Assembly (NCBI GenBank): GCA_034780895.1
Contig: JAUZTB010000033.1
Location: 30,363,637 to 30,427,636, forward strand
Direction of reading: 5' to 3'
Origin: Rhynchobatus australiae
Lineage: Eukaryota
DNA: 64,000 bases
The first letter of the stretch is position 1; each line of letters opens with the position of its first letter. Below the pieces are notes generated by a model. That model saw only the letters and a list, made by a program, of their open reading frames with translations, had not been told where the DNA came from and searched no databases. Positions 12,942 to 26,269 of the stretch are shown one piece after another. The translations under genes were made by a program, and so were the position numbers.

Positions 12942-13879
12942 NNNNNNNNNNNNNNNNNNNNNNNNNNNNNNNNNNNNNNNNNNNNNNNNNNNNNNNNNNN
13001 NNNNNNNNNNNNNNNNNNNNNNNNNNNNNNNNNNNNNNNNNTTGAAAAAGATTGTGGTGGAACATCAATTCAGTTGTAAAGATATGAATTTGGCCAAACA
13101 ACATCTTGTGATGTAAACACATATGTCTGCTATAGGAAACTTTATCACTTCCACATTATCAAGACACAAAAGGGGCTTTCTTCCACTGTACCTCGGGCAA
13201 CTGTGGATTCATCAGCATTGGAAATGAGAGCCTGATTAAGTTCCCACACAGATATGAATAGTCCTTCCTTTTTAATTTAATAGCTGCCTTCTTCTCAACA
13301 GATTGCTAATTGTTTGTGACTGTAAAAACAGCATTGTAATTTTTTTTCTTTTTTACTTCTCTCCAAGCCACCAAAAGGCAACTTTTTTTGATGACATCCG
13401 CTAGTGATTGTCACATTCTGGAAAATCTCAGCTCACTCACAGCTGGGCAAGATAATGTTGCTGAATGAGTTTAGGGTCCATTAAAGGTCCTTACCCTCAC
13501 AGCAGCCAGCATGGTCTGCTGGACAGATGTGGCCAAGGTCTATTTAAAAAAGTCATCGACTTCAGTGAGAGATCTTGACCTCGATGGGGAGCGATGGAAA
13601 GACATGTTTTGTTCTCCACTGAAATAGGCATTAAATGAATATTTAAAGAGACAGTTTCTCTTCTCCTGTCCCTCACAAATGAGATTCCTTGAGATTAAAG
13701 TGTTTGTACCAAATATAGTGTACTTGAAATGCACACATCCTTTATTTTGTTATGTGAAATTGCTTTTTTTTAAACTGTTTCTCCCTTTTTAGCAGCTTAT
13801 TTTCTAGGAAGACAAACCAACCAAAAACCTTCTCTGTATTACTGTTCATCATCTGCACTCATGTGAACTGGGAAGCCAG

Positions 13880-13950
13880 TAATGTTCCTCGTCAAGTGAT
13901 TCATATTCAATCATGACAAGTGTGATGATTTATATGTTGGGCAGACCTTC
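13880..13950 (+). mobile_element. Possible GIY-YIG endonuclease remnant (Penelope-like)
   Basis: 13921-13947 translates to CDDLYVGQT, resembling the C..YVG.T motif of Penelope GIY-YIG domains. The flanks are frameshifted or contain stops. Confidence 0.3.
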
Positions 13951-15234
13951 ATCCACTTTCAATAGGACTTGCAAACTCTGCCTATGAACTGCTTTAGCTC
14001 TTCTTTCCTCTTATGTAAACAATGTGGTGTCAAATTTGTTCCCAACAGACATCCAAAATGGATGCCAATCCACAGATGTATTGTTAACCTGGTGTTCCGA
14101 TTTGCCATATTCAAGGCTGCATTGAACTCAACCCATGACGTTGCTCAATACAACAATGCGGATGATGGCAAAATGTTCCCCATTTTTCAGAAGAAGTTTT
14201 GGGTTCAATCTAGTCTTCAGACTGAATGCTCAGGATTTTAGTAACAGGCTTCTCTGAAATTTCTGAGATGGGGTCTAGTTCAAGATTATATTGTATCATT
14301 GGTTCTCTCTGTGGCAAGACATCAAATACCAAGGGAAAAGAAATAAATCAAACAACTACTGCACCTCTAAGCAAAAGAACTGACAACTACAACTGGTGAA
14401 AGATTGGCAAGGGAAGAGTTAACAAGAAACAATATAAAACGTCCTGTTTCAATTGTCTCACTGTACTGAATCATGCAAGAATATTTCCTTTAAAATTCTA
14501 GCCAACAAAAGCCACCCAAATTTATATACTAAACTCAAAAATTTTTTGGAAAAATCATTTGAAAGCCAACAGAAAAATAATGTAAAGGTTTACCATCCAC
14601 AATACAACTCAAGACTTATTTTGTCAGAGTAAGTTGTTATATACATGATGGCCGGGAGCCTGGTTTAACAAATACAAATCTCAGCACAGCTCAATATGAT
14701 GAATGCGGTGTCAAAATATTTGCCTGAAAAATGTTTCTTTTTTATTCTTTGCTTTGGACCTAATCCAACCAAGATTTTTTTTCAAAAAGTAGAAAACTCA
14801 CGCTAAGTTAAAAGAAGATTCAGGAAGTGATGTAGTGTTACAATTGGTGACTAAAAGCCACCACAGCCAAGGCTTTCTGCTGCCATTTCAGAAGCACTGA
14901 AAATGGCTGAATGTGTCATAGTTTGAGTGCTGCTCTCCCTTTCATCACTTTTTTAATATAAAAGCTTTAAAACAATGCTGCTATATGGAAGAATACATGG
15001 GTGCTAGTGAGGAACAAGAACACAGCGGTAAATTCACCCTCTCTGATAGCTCAAAATAAGCAGTGATGAACTAGACACCAATCTTACATTGTACTATGAA
15101 AAAGGTTATTGGATTCAGTGGAAAAGACCATTGGGCACCATGTAAATCAAGACTTCCAATTCATTTTTATTTATTTTTTTGTCCTGTCCAGGACAAATTA
15201 TATCTCACTATCTTCCCAGAAGAGAAAAATCTCC

Positions 15235-15453
15235 AAAACCTGGAACTCACAGCCCACTGAATTGGTGGAAAAAGAATCAATCACTGTCTTCAACAAAGAA
15301 TCGGATAGATACTTGAGAGAGAATAACTTGCAGGATTATACAGAAAGAATGGGAAAATGGGACTGACAGGATTGCCCTACCAGGAGCCAATATAGACTCG
15401 ATGGCTGAATGTCCCCCTGCTGGCAGTAACTATTCTATGATCGAATGATTCTA
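15235..15453 (+). mobile_element. CR1 LINE 3' end
   Basis: ORF 15109..15366 ends WNSQPTELVEKESITVFNKESDRYLRENNLQDY, and the tail reads attctatgatcgaatgattcta. Confidence 0.8.
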
Positions 15454-15752
15454 CATTTCTGTGGTGGAATCTGAGACCAGGCTCCAAGTTCATCTTACAG
15501 CTATAAAACTAGAGCTGGTGTTTTCTTTCTTGTGGATGATAGAGACCCCAAAGCCCTAATGATTGACAAGTAAAGCTAATAAGACCTACAGTTGAAATAG
15601 GTATTCAACACATCCCAATAGTGCACCTTAGAATGAAATCAAGGCATCCAAAGATGTTGTGCAAAATAAAAGTTGCAATTTTGACTGGAATGAAATCCAT
15701 GTTTGTGGTATAGCATGGTGATCTCTCAATAAATTTTGCATCCCAAATTTGG

Positions 15753-15969
15753 AGATCCATTACAGAAGCTGTATGCTGGAATTTAAATGAAAAACACTAT
15801 GATTCTGGAGGAACTCTTCAGGCCAGGCAGCATCTGTGGAGAAAAGCAGGCGGTCAACGTTTTGGGTCAGGACTGAAGAAGGATCCTGACCTGAAACGTT
15901 GACTGCCTGCTTTTCCCCACAGATGCTGCCTGGCCTGTTGAGTTCCTCCAGCATCATCGTGTTTTTCAT
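15753..15969. mobile_element. Penelope-like-derived inverted-repeat element (about 85-bp arms) with a hammerhead core at its centre
   Basis: 15787-15872 is the near-perfect reverse complement of 15884-15969. The sequence CTGAAGA-agg-atcctga-cct-GAAACGTT lies at 15873-15900. Confidence 0.8.
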
Positions 15970-15978
15970 CAATAGCAT

Positions 15979-16360
15979 CAAGTTTTATGAAACCTTTAAT
16001 ATGCCAAGAATCTTCCAGCGTGCCTCATAGGAACATTATCAAAAGACAAACTGACACTCAGCCACGAAAAGAGATTCAGGTGATTGAATGATTGACCAAA
16101 GAGCATTTTTAATGAATGTCTTACAAAAAGGGAAGTTAGTGGAGGAGTGATGAAGGTGGTTTAGGGAGAAAATTCCAGAGTGTAGGGCCTTGGTAACTAA
16201 AGGCACTGATGCCTGCAGTGGCACAATTGTAACAGTCAAGCTTCCAGAATTGGAGGAGCGCAGGTACCTTGGAGAGTTATAGGGCTAGAGAAGATGACAG
16301 AGGCAAGGAGGGGTGAAACCAAGGAGAGCTTTGAAAACAAGAAAGAGTATTTTAAAATTG
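15979..16360 (-). mobile_element. L2-type LINE 3' fragment
   Basis: tgacactcagccac...ggtttagggagaaaattccagagtgtagggcct...ccagaattggaggagcgcag...tttgaaaacaag. Confidence 0.8.
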
Positions 16361-18337
16361 CTTAATTTGCGCAATGTGAATAAACTCTTACAATTCTGAC
16401 TGCACACAACCAACAAGCATCAGAGGAGGTAATTGGTGTTGTACTTTTATTTCCATGCAAGGTTGAATTAACAAAGAGTTAATTCCAAAATGGTAATAAA
16501 GGTAATAGTGCAGTGGAATTTTCCAGTTAGATTTGCTGACTTACTATTGAAATTTTTGCATGCTTAATATTTGTTGACTTGTCACATGAGGGGAAGTCTA
16601 TTTAAGATGAGTTGATGGTATCAAGTGCACTAATTTGCCTCATTTTATACTATTAAAGCTCTAATTATATGACAAAGATGCTTTGTTGTCTGGCAAAGTT
16701 TCTAGTGAGACAGTTCATCAGTTTTGTAAACCAAAAAATATGTGGTGGGAATGGTGAAGTGATGACATCATCAAACTATCGGACAAATCTGCCATTGACA
16801 TTTTTTAAACCACCTACAGTTTTAATTTTATAACCTATCATCAAAAAGTGCTTAAAAAAGACAAACAAAACTTCATACTGCAGGAAATACAGCATCTGAT
16901 ACAATACAGATACACCCACGATACAAAACAGATATGCCCACTGACAGACAATGTGATGGAAATCAAATGCACTTTCAGATCCAAGCTATTCTCAGACTTA
17001 CACCTGCCCCAAACTTCCTCAATATGGAAACATCCAAATTGTTCTGTTAAGTCCACAACGTAAAGAGAGATGGACAGGTAGGGATGGTGTAATGATAGTG
17101 AGTGAAAGGATGGGGGAAGGGAGACATAGAGGACAAAAATAGAGGAATACATTGAAATAAAGCAAGCTGAACAGTTTTCCTCAGCACTTATGGCCACATT
17201 AGCAATATTTGCACATTCCTCCATTGAAGTTCAACTGAATTCACTTGCAGCGAATGATTTTAGAGGCAGCTTCAAGAGAAAAAAAAACAAAATGACACAC
17301 ACACACACATACTCGTGCTGGATATTTTTAAATCTTTACTATTTTTTAAAATTTGAGTCAGTCTGAAATCTTCCCTTGCAGCTGGTGGGTACTGCCCTGC
17401 TCCCCCTTGGGAAATAGCACTGTTTTCACCATGTCAGTACTGAACAAAGGCANNNNNNNNNNNNNNNNNNNNNNNNNNNNNNNNNNNNNNNNNNNNNNNN
17501 NNNNNNNNNNNNNNNNNNNNNNNNNNNNNNNNNNNNNNNNNNNNNNNNNNNNGGCCAAAGGCTGACCACAAGGAACAAAGCAACAGTGATGAAAAGAACC
17601 CTTTTTCTCGTGCGTGCACTAGAGCTCAAAGCTGCAAGCAGCTATTCCCCTGGTGAAGTGGCTGACTGGAGGGGGAACAGCAAATCCACACTGACTCCAC
17701 TGTTTTGATCACTTGATTTCATTTTCTTTTTTCTCTTCTCTCTCCTGCAGACAGAGGTAACTCTACTGAGAATACGATGTTAAGCTCTTTTTCTTGTATT
17801 ACACTGAAATGTGTTTTCTTCTGTAATATATTTTGAAAAGGAAGTGCGATACAATTGAGTGGCTGGACTAATACCCTTTGACGGACTGAGCATTTAATGG
17901 GCCATTGAAGCCCAGCTTCGTTAGGGAGAGGCGAGTTACCAGATGCCTTTTAATTTTGGTTTTGTGCTCCCTGTTGATTTGAAAATGCAGCCCAATCATT
18001 TCAAGTCACCTTGAAGGTCAGTCCTTTAGCCACTGTTGATTAAATACAACCCCTTTGGACATAGTGAGCTCAAACAACAACAACAAATTGCAATCTCTCT
18101 GCGATCCTTTTGTTGTCCATTTTTCATTTGCCCCCATGATTCCTTGCAGTAAGCACCCAAGCATTAATTTAGTATTATTGCTGCTTCAAAACACTAATCA
18201 CATAAACAGCAGTGGGAGCCCCATGCTCTTTGCCACATGGTGATGGTAGCTCTAGGGCCTGAGGTAGTTTTCCTAACCTACTGTTGCCCAGATGTCGGTG
18301 GGGGGTGGTTGAGTGGAGGGCTGTGGGGAAGGAGGGG

Positions 18338-18361
18338 GGAGGAGGAGGAGGAGGAGGAGGA
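18338..18361. repeat. (GGA)8 microsatellite within a G-rich patch
   Basis: Read directly from the sequence. Confidence 0.95.
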
Positions 18362-19204
18362 GAAATCTGGCTCCTGCTACAAAGCACCAATCCATCCCAG
18401 TATGTTCTGACCGCTGTTTCATCTGCTGGCATGCAATCTGCTGGACTGACCCCTGGCACTCCAGAAATAAAGGCTGTATCTAGGAAACTTTAAAGTCTGC
18501 TAGCTGGATTAAGTCTTCCAAACAGATATCCTCTATATTTTAACTTTACAGGATGCTCTGGACAAATGGTGTGAACACAAAAGATTTGTGAAATCAGCTG
18601 AAACTGCATTCTCGGAACTGATTTGACGTTGTGGATTCAAATCTTGAGCATGAAAGCAATGCCCATACACTAATGAAATACTGAGGGAGTAAAGCTCTTT
18701 TAGAGGAGATGTTGACACAAGGTCTTAACTGTTTGTGAAGATGGATGTGAACAATCCCATAGCATTTTCTCAATTCCCAATGTTCCAACCAACACTCATC
18801 CTTCATCCAACAGATCCTTCTAGGGTGCAGAGGGGATAATCAACCAGAGTTCCTGAATGCAATCCATCTTGTTTTGTGTAAAAACTGGATAATGCATTGC
18901 ATCAGAATCAGCTTTGCTGCCCCCAGTGGTTGAATAGATGGTTGTTGTTCACTGTTTTGGGTTCAAATATGAAATGTGATCACATGGGTGAGGAAGACAC
19001 ATTGCTCTGGGACCATGGGGCTACAGCCTTGCAAGAAAACTGCATGAATGAGGAGAAAGAACTAAATAAATTAAAAATAAAACAAAGTCAAAGCATATGC
19101 ATTTTTGAAGAGTATTAAATACAATAGGGACATATGCCTTAAGCCTTTCTTAATGGTCACTAAAATGATTCCTCATTCAGTGTCCCTTATAATGTAGCCC
19201 AGTT

Positions 19205-19432
19205 AAATTAAATTTTTTAAAATTAAATTTTATTCACAGTGTGGTAACAGGCCCTTCTGGCCCAATGAGTCCGCGCCGCCCATTTTAAACCCCAAATTAA
19301 CCTACCCATACATGTTCAGAATGTGAGAGGAAACCGGAGCACCTGGAGGAAACCCAGACAGACACAGGATAATGCACAAACTCCTTACAGACAGAGACAG
19401 GAATCAAAACCCCATCGTTGGCGCTGTAATAG
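19205..19432 (-). mobile_element. V-SINE (tRNA-derived) with a CR1-type tail
   Basis: V-domain ggaaaccggagcacctggaggaaaccc...caaactccttacagacag. The minus-strand tail reads gggccagaagggcctgttacc. Confidence 0.85.
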
Positions 19433-19993
19433 CTGTGATCAAAACCTCAATTAATATCAACAGATAGGCCTCTAACTGTCTTCTCGAGTTTTACAGGCCC
19501 AGTTTTAGAGTATATTTTATTTTATCAGGATGTTGGTAATTTCACTGCCCACTGGACTGATATTTCACAATGTTATAATAAGAATTGATTAGCGGCATAG
19601 GTGAAATGTACATAACTGAATTTAAAGGTTGTAGTTCATTCTACTAGGGACTGAACACTAATAGAATAACCAAGTGGGAGATTTTCATCCTACCTACCCA
19701 GTAGAAATGGAGAGAAAGTATTTTTGGGAAACTGCATCTATCTACAGCTTTGGAATTTAACTTGTTCTTCTGAGTAGGAGGAAAAGGTAATCCTATTGGA
19801 AGCATGTGAAGAAAATTACTTTAAATATGATACTGGTTAGAACTCTAGTTAGAAAGAGAGTTGGATCCTAATCAAACCCTGATCTGCATATTTAAAGAAG
19901 GAGTTTACAGACTTCCAGTTATTAGCACTGTCATCTGCTCAGACAGTCAGAACCTGCAAGAAGACAGGGATTTTGAGAAAGGCAGATTTTAGA

Positions 19994-20285
19994 GCAGCTA
20001 TTAGAGCTTTTGGCTCACAGCTCCAGAAATTTGGATTCAATCTCGACTGTTGGTACTGTCTGTGTAGAGTCTGCTTGTTGTCCCCATGACCACATTAGTT
20101 TCTTCCAACATCCCAAAGATGTGTGAGTTGGTGGGTTAGTTGGCCACTATAAATTGTTCCCAGGTGTACACCCATTGTCTAGGTGAGCTGTAGAATCTAG
20201 GGGTAGTTGATGGGAATATGTGGAGAATAAAATGGGATTGGGGTAAACAGGTACATGATGGCCATAGTGGACATAATGGGCCAGG
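19994..20285 (+). mobile_element. V-SINE (HE1-like), decayed
   Basis: B-box-like ggattcaatctc, then tgtctgtgtagagt, catcccaaagatgtg and ttggccactataaattg, ending in a CR1-like atgggcc. Confidence 0.75.
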
Positions 20286-20562
20286 TGCTTAATTCCCAGC
20301 AGACAGGTAGAGTTAAATTCTGCACCAAAAAAAACATCCAGAGTAAAGTAAACTGGGTGATGAGCCATGGGAGGGGTAACTAAAGTCTTCACTGAAGAGT
20401 TGAGATTCTTCAAGCAAAGGTGTGTGAGTGGAATACAACAGCAATGAGTCAACACTTTAAAGAGAGAAGGGGAAATAGTTGATGAGAAAAACACCCTCAT
20501 AAATAAGTATGACAGTGCAGAGAAAATTAAAAGAAAAACAGCAAATGTGTTTGAATCAAATT

Positions 20563-20725
20563 AAGGATACTGCCTATCCTGATGAGTATTCACATTTGAT
20601 TTCAGATTTCCAGTTTCTGCAGTATTTTGAGGGGAAAAAAATCTGCTGGAGGAACTCAGCAGGTCAAGCAGCACCTGTGGAGAGAGGAGTGGAATTGTCG
20701 ACATTTCAGGTCAAGATCTGCATTG
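20563..20725. mobile_element. Penelope-like terminal fragments in opposite orientations
   Basis: atttcagatttccagtttctgcag is followed by tgctggaggaactcagcaggtcaagcagcacctgtggag...gacatttcaggtcaag. Confidence 0.6.
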
Positions 20726-21839
20726 GGACACATGCCGTATTTCGCTCTTTTATTAAAAGGATTTGAATGTCTATAAAGTAACCTTTTGACAAATTCTTAT
20801 TTTGTGCCAGATCTGCCAGACATCATCCCATGGGATAGGAATAGGTCAGTGAGAGTTCATGCACAACTCTTACTATACAGGCATCCCTTCACCACCCACC
20901 AACCTCAGCTCACTGAGCTCTGAATAAAAAATATAACCCATAGAAAATATATAATGTAATAGCTCTTAGCTAAAGTTAAAAAGGTGAAGTTTGAAATTGG
21001 AAATGTTCCCAGTTTGCCAGCACATCCCACTGGGAGCATTTTAATGCCAGTTTTGCACCAATTGCAGTTACACAGCAAACCAAAGTTGTGCATTACCATC
21101 TCCCTGAGGCAATTTTTTACATTGTTTACCAGAATATGTTTTGAGTGACTTCCTACTAATGACTCTATCACCTTCTTTGGTCTGGAATTTCCTTAAGTAA
21201 TGGGGCAGTTATGGCATAATGCCAATGTACAACACAAAGGTTTAAGGAATTTGCATCTTTTTTTTGCTATGCTTGGGTTGCCTCAACCTTTTGCAATCTT
21301 CAGCAAAACCTCTGCTGCTCATTAGCAATGTTTCAGTTTGTGAGGCAAAAGACTAGAGAATGTAACCTCCAGTTCTTAATGGACTACAGACTTATATCCA
21401 AATTGAGAAAGTAGCAGGACCCGAAGTTATATTTCTAATCCCAAAATTTATCCTCACTGTGACTTGCTTTCTAGTCTATGAATACAGTACATATTTATGG
21501 CAGAAAAGATACGTACTCAAAACTGAAAAGCTTCCATGTTTTCTTAAATGTGTTATACTAATGTGCACAAATGATAGTTTAACATCCATAAACTTTAATT
21601 CTCAAATGTAAAAGGTGACTGAAGTAAGGATCTGACAAAAGATCTTTTGGTCAATAAGCTGATTGCTTTCTGATTTGTTAATGAGGTTTCCAGAAAAGTT
21701 CAGATTAAGTACCCAGTTAGTAAGAACAGCACAGAAACTAAAGGAAATTTTGGCTTAGCTTTCCAGTTACGATGTTTGAGGACAGTCCAGGCTTTCATGT
21801 CAACCAAAGTTGAAACCGTTTCATGTCAACCCAAATGAT

Positions 21840-22440
21840 GAAGTAAAATAGCCTATTAATGTTACCTTTGACCTTCACAGGGCATTCTTACTTCCTGTTG
21901 CTCTGACATGAAAATGGCAGAAAGCCACAGTTCTCCTGGTCACGAACAATGGCCTGACAGTGTCCATATTCGGAACCAGACTGCACTACACACTTAACCC
22001 TTTCACTGTTTTCGTTTAGTTAAGCAGATGCCCCGAGACTAACAAAGACTGTTGGCTCTCCAGAGATTCTCCTCCAGTTAGTTTACTTCCTTTGTCATTT
22101 TTGCTACAATTTATTACACGCTGCCTAAAATGACTGTGTGCAGTAATTGCAGCTGACAGCCAGTCACTCGGATTGCTGACCCCACCTTTATCATGACAGA
22201 CAACTGACAGTCGGCACCACTAGAAATGAAAACATTTTGCTTGTTTTTCACTGTCCACAGCCTCTTTTGTCACTTCCAAAAATGCAGTTTTACACATAAG
22301 AAAGTGTTAGGCCATGACTGCCTGCATATTATGACAGATATCATCAAATTGTATCTGTCTGGCAATGTGACTGGCATGCTTGTCAGCAACCACCCGCATG
22401 AGCGCACAAAATTACTGAAATCCTGCTTCAGAAATTAATT
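21840..22440. promoter_or_regulatory. Candidate intronic enhancer with a TGACAG (MEIS/PKNOX/TGIF) cluster
   Basis: Repeat-free block with TGACAG at 21955, 22154, 22194, 22205 and 22332, plus the E-box CAGCTG at 22150. Confidence 0.45.
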
Positions 22441-25400
22441 TCTTAAATAAGAATATTCTAATAAGATTTGTATATTTATCCTCACTATCAAAGGAGACAG
22501 TTTCAAAAACAAAATAAGCAGTTTAAAATAAAACATTCTCAGTGTCCTTGGTGGAATTATGCTTACATCAATTTTCAATTTGAGGTTCATTCAGAATACA
22601 GGTTTGATAAATTTAATATCGGGGTGTAATGAAAGCGTGCATCTGGAACCTTCAGGCAGGAGGCCATGAGTGTTTCCCAGGCATACATCATCATCAGTCC
22701 ATGTGCCGCCTGAAATTCTTTCTGGGGTAGCAGTAGAGACATTACAATTACCCAGTCTACCATAGGGTTAAAGGTGAAATAAACCAAAATCCTACACACC
22801 ACCCCAATACAATCAATTGTGGTGGCTTGGATTCAATTTTGCTGTAATATCTCCTTCAAGATCAAATAATATGCAGATATTAGTCTGTTTTCAAATCTAC
22901 ATCTTGATCTGGCAAGAGTCCAATTTTCATCCCATTGATTTCTCAGATGGACTATATATTCACAATATCTATTTTACACCTGGGTGATTTGCCACTTGCC
23001 TCAAATGACTGAGGGAATCCACATATACCAAACTGAAAATATTAACCACGGGCAGGCAGGTGAGATAGGAAGAGGTGGAGGTGGGGGTGGGACAGGGGTT
23101 GTGGGAGGCTGGAGTACACATCCCAACTCACTGTATTTGCATCTGATACTATTTCTATTGTGGCAGGTGGAGAGCTATGTGTTTGGCCTGGCATAGATGA
23201 GTCATCTTATTCTCCACTTTAAGTCAATCTCCCTTAATGGAGTTAAGAGCCTGGTTTAAATTTAACAGTTTCCAGCTGATCTTTGCTGGGCTCAAGAAAC
23301 TGGAAAGCTAAGTAGGCTACTGACTTAAGATGCTCCAAGATCATAAAACAAAGCTGTAATGTGGTCCCCTGTTAACTTCATCAGGACCTCTGCATCCCCA
23401 GCCTTGTTGGTTTTGTTTCCTACTGCACTAACCTACTTAAAGCTTCAGGGCAAAGCCTTTGGAAGAGAAGACTGTTTCATTTACAGGGGCTGGAGGTGAT
23501 TGGTTTTCATCGAAGTAGCTGTAAGGATCATTTATTCTGTACTTGAGCTAGGATTACAAGAGTTGCACCTTCCAGAAGAGGAAGAACTAAGTTTCAATAG
23601 TAGATTCTCACCATTCTAGTAGAGTGAGAAACAAGGAATTTAATACCAAAACTGAAATTCAGATTAAAGAAAACTTCCAGACACTGGACTTTTAGTCTAA
23701 CAGCTGGACATCTGCAAAGTATAGGTGTGTAAAAATGCTTAGATCTATTTCAATGTTAGAATAGCAGTCTACAAAGACAAAGCTGGTCAAGGCTTTAGTG
23801 ACTTTAGTGTGCAAAAAGAAATAAAACTCTGGCTTAGAAGTATCTCACCTTCCAGAAATAGAAGGAGAAATAAGATTTATGAGTGATCTCAGTATTATTG
23901 AGAAAATGTGAGAGGTGATGGANNNNNNNNNNNNNNNNNNNNNNNNNNNNNNNNNNNNNNNNNNNNNNNNNNNNNNNNNNNNNNNNNNNNNNNNNNNNNN
24001 NNNNNNNNNNNNNNNNNNNNNNAAATGTGAGAGGTGATGGATTTTAGCAGGACAAGAGGGCCTCGTGGCTTCTAGTTGGTGGGCCTGAATAAAGTATACA
24101 TAGTGCTCATGTTTCTTATGGCTGGGTCCATTTTAGGATCATCAGAAAACCAGTTGAAGTTGCACTTAGGCTTGGTGCAGCCACCACAAAGGCTCTGTGA
24201 GGAAAGACCACAGTCTAGTGTCATTACTCCCACTGGACACAAAAGGTCAGGGCCCTGTACTACCGCCTCTCAAACATTTCACTGATGCACTGTTTGGAAT
24301 GAAACATTAGTGATGTTTTGAAAAAATTCTGTATTTGCCCAATTTAAGTGTATCTATCACTAAAAACAAATACCCAATGCATAGGTATGTTCAGAATTGC
24401 CCCAGGTTTTACCTTATCAGATCAGACTGTGCTCAATCTGACACATGCTTTACATTCACCCTGCGCTCTTCCTACAGCTGTACTAATGTTTGCAGCCTCA
24501 CAGGGCAAACCGAGCTCCATGCCTCATTGCTACAGCCATCCTGCAAGGCAGAACTGATCCCAAGTACTAACCAGGCTTCAGGTAATCACCCTGGCCCATG
24601 TTAATGGGCCTTTAGCAACATGAAATGATAGTCAAAGCCAGTTATAAACAGTTGCCATAGGTTTAAGTAATTTTAAAAAGTTACTTAAAAATAAAATGTT
24701 AAAACTTGCTGAAAATTACTTTTAACTAATATAATTAAATATGTAATTTAGAACTTTCATATAGGTAAAATGAAGAAAAGTACATTACTAACCTGCACTT
24801 ACCTCTTCAATCCAAACATGCTGCATATACCAGCCATAACTGGGCACAGCTGATGAGCCAGATATGGAGTTATCGGGCCCCTCATCTCAGCACGATGGAG
24901 GTCAACCACTGGATTCAGTATCTGAGTCCAGCAGTGGATTGGCAGGTCAAGTGCACTTTGAACCTGACCTGCAGCACTTCCTGGACTTCTGTGTTGTAAT
25001 GTGAAAGTGTGGCAATCAGGAACATATTGACCTGTGCGCTGCAGTTATCTGTTGGTTCTCAATGGAATAATCAGTTGTTAAAAGTTATGCACAAATGTTA
25101 GCATGTAGTGCCAGTGCAGCCATTTTGAAGAATTTAATTAGTTATACATAACTATACCCTACCCCTGGATGTGATGCGTACCACAAAAACTTATTATCTA
25201 GTAATAAACATCATGGCAGAATGAATTGACATAAGCAGGTCCAAAACTAGTGTGTTACAGTCGGATTTGTGGTTGGCACAATAGAAGCCTGAAGACCAAA
25301 GAACAATTTAGATTTGATTTAATATGGATTCTGTTGAAAAGTTGCCTTTCTCCAACATGCCTCCCACATGATAAAATAAAATACAGCAAATATAGTTAAC

Positions 25401-26269
25401 GCCCTCCCATCCCTGCACAACAAATGATAAAACCAAAAGGAAGCTGAACTCTCTACTAAGAGTCTAAGATATTTAGAGAAATTATCAGAGCGGGAATCTA
25501 AAGATACTAATGCTATGTCACGGAGTTAATGAGACTCAATAACCACCAATTTTTTTTGTTCTATAATTTCTATCTTCAGGAACTACTTAAATTGTAAACT
25601 GAAAGGAGGTGGTTTAGGTCAGGACAAGGTCTGATTTCAAAAACATGGAAAGACATTTATGCATCTTATTCACTGTGTCTTGTTAGGATAATATTCTTAA
25701 AAGACTGAGGTGGCAAACCATAAAACTTGATGAATCATGGATTACCAAGGCAGATGGAAGTGGGAACTGACCAAGATTGACCTTAATTTCTTTAAATAGG
25801 GATAAAATAATTTTCTTAAAAGGACTCTTTCTTTTTCAAATGTTTTTTTAATGAAATCTTGCTTAAAAAACAGGGAGCGGTATTAGATCCATGTAATGTT
25901 TTTATCACAGAGGTAAGGCATTGAAATGACGCAATCTGCTTGGTGAATTTACATCAATTGTGTTAAATTCAGATCAAAAAATTTCTCCCAAACATGTTTT
26001 CAGCAAAAAATTACCAATTTAAGTTTGCATTATAAAATGATTTGTTCCATCAGCCACTGGTCTTATAAGATTTGGAATTAATATATACACTGTCACTCTA
26101 AGAACCTCTTTTGGCAATCTCATGATAAGCAATTTATAAAAGGCACTTTATATCATTCTCTACTAAAGATAAAATGTGAGCCATATTACAAACCACGGTT
26201 TATAGAAAGATGTTTTAGTAAAAGAGAAAGTAATATAATTTTATAAGCACCTTATATCACTTTATTTTG

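Noticed and set aside
18295-18365. G-quadruplex-capable tracts (also at about 23070-23110 and 43695-43722)
   Set aside because: They are simple-repeat or transposon derived, and nothing indicates function.
23904-24041. 19-bp direct repeat aaatgtgagaggtgatgga
   Set aside because: The copies sit exactly on either side of a 100-N gap, indicating overlapping contig ends (assembly artefact).
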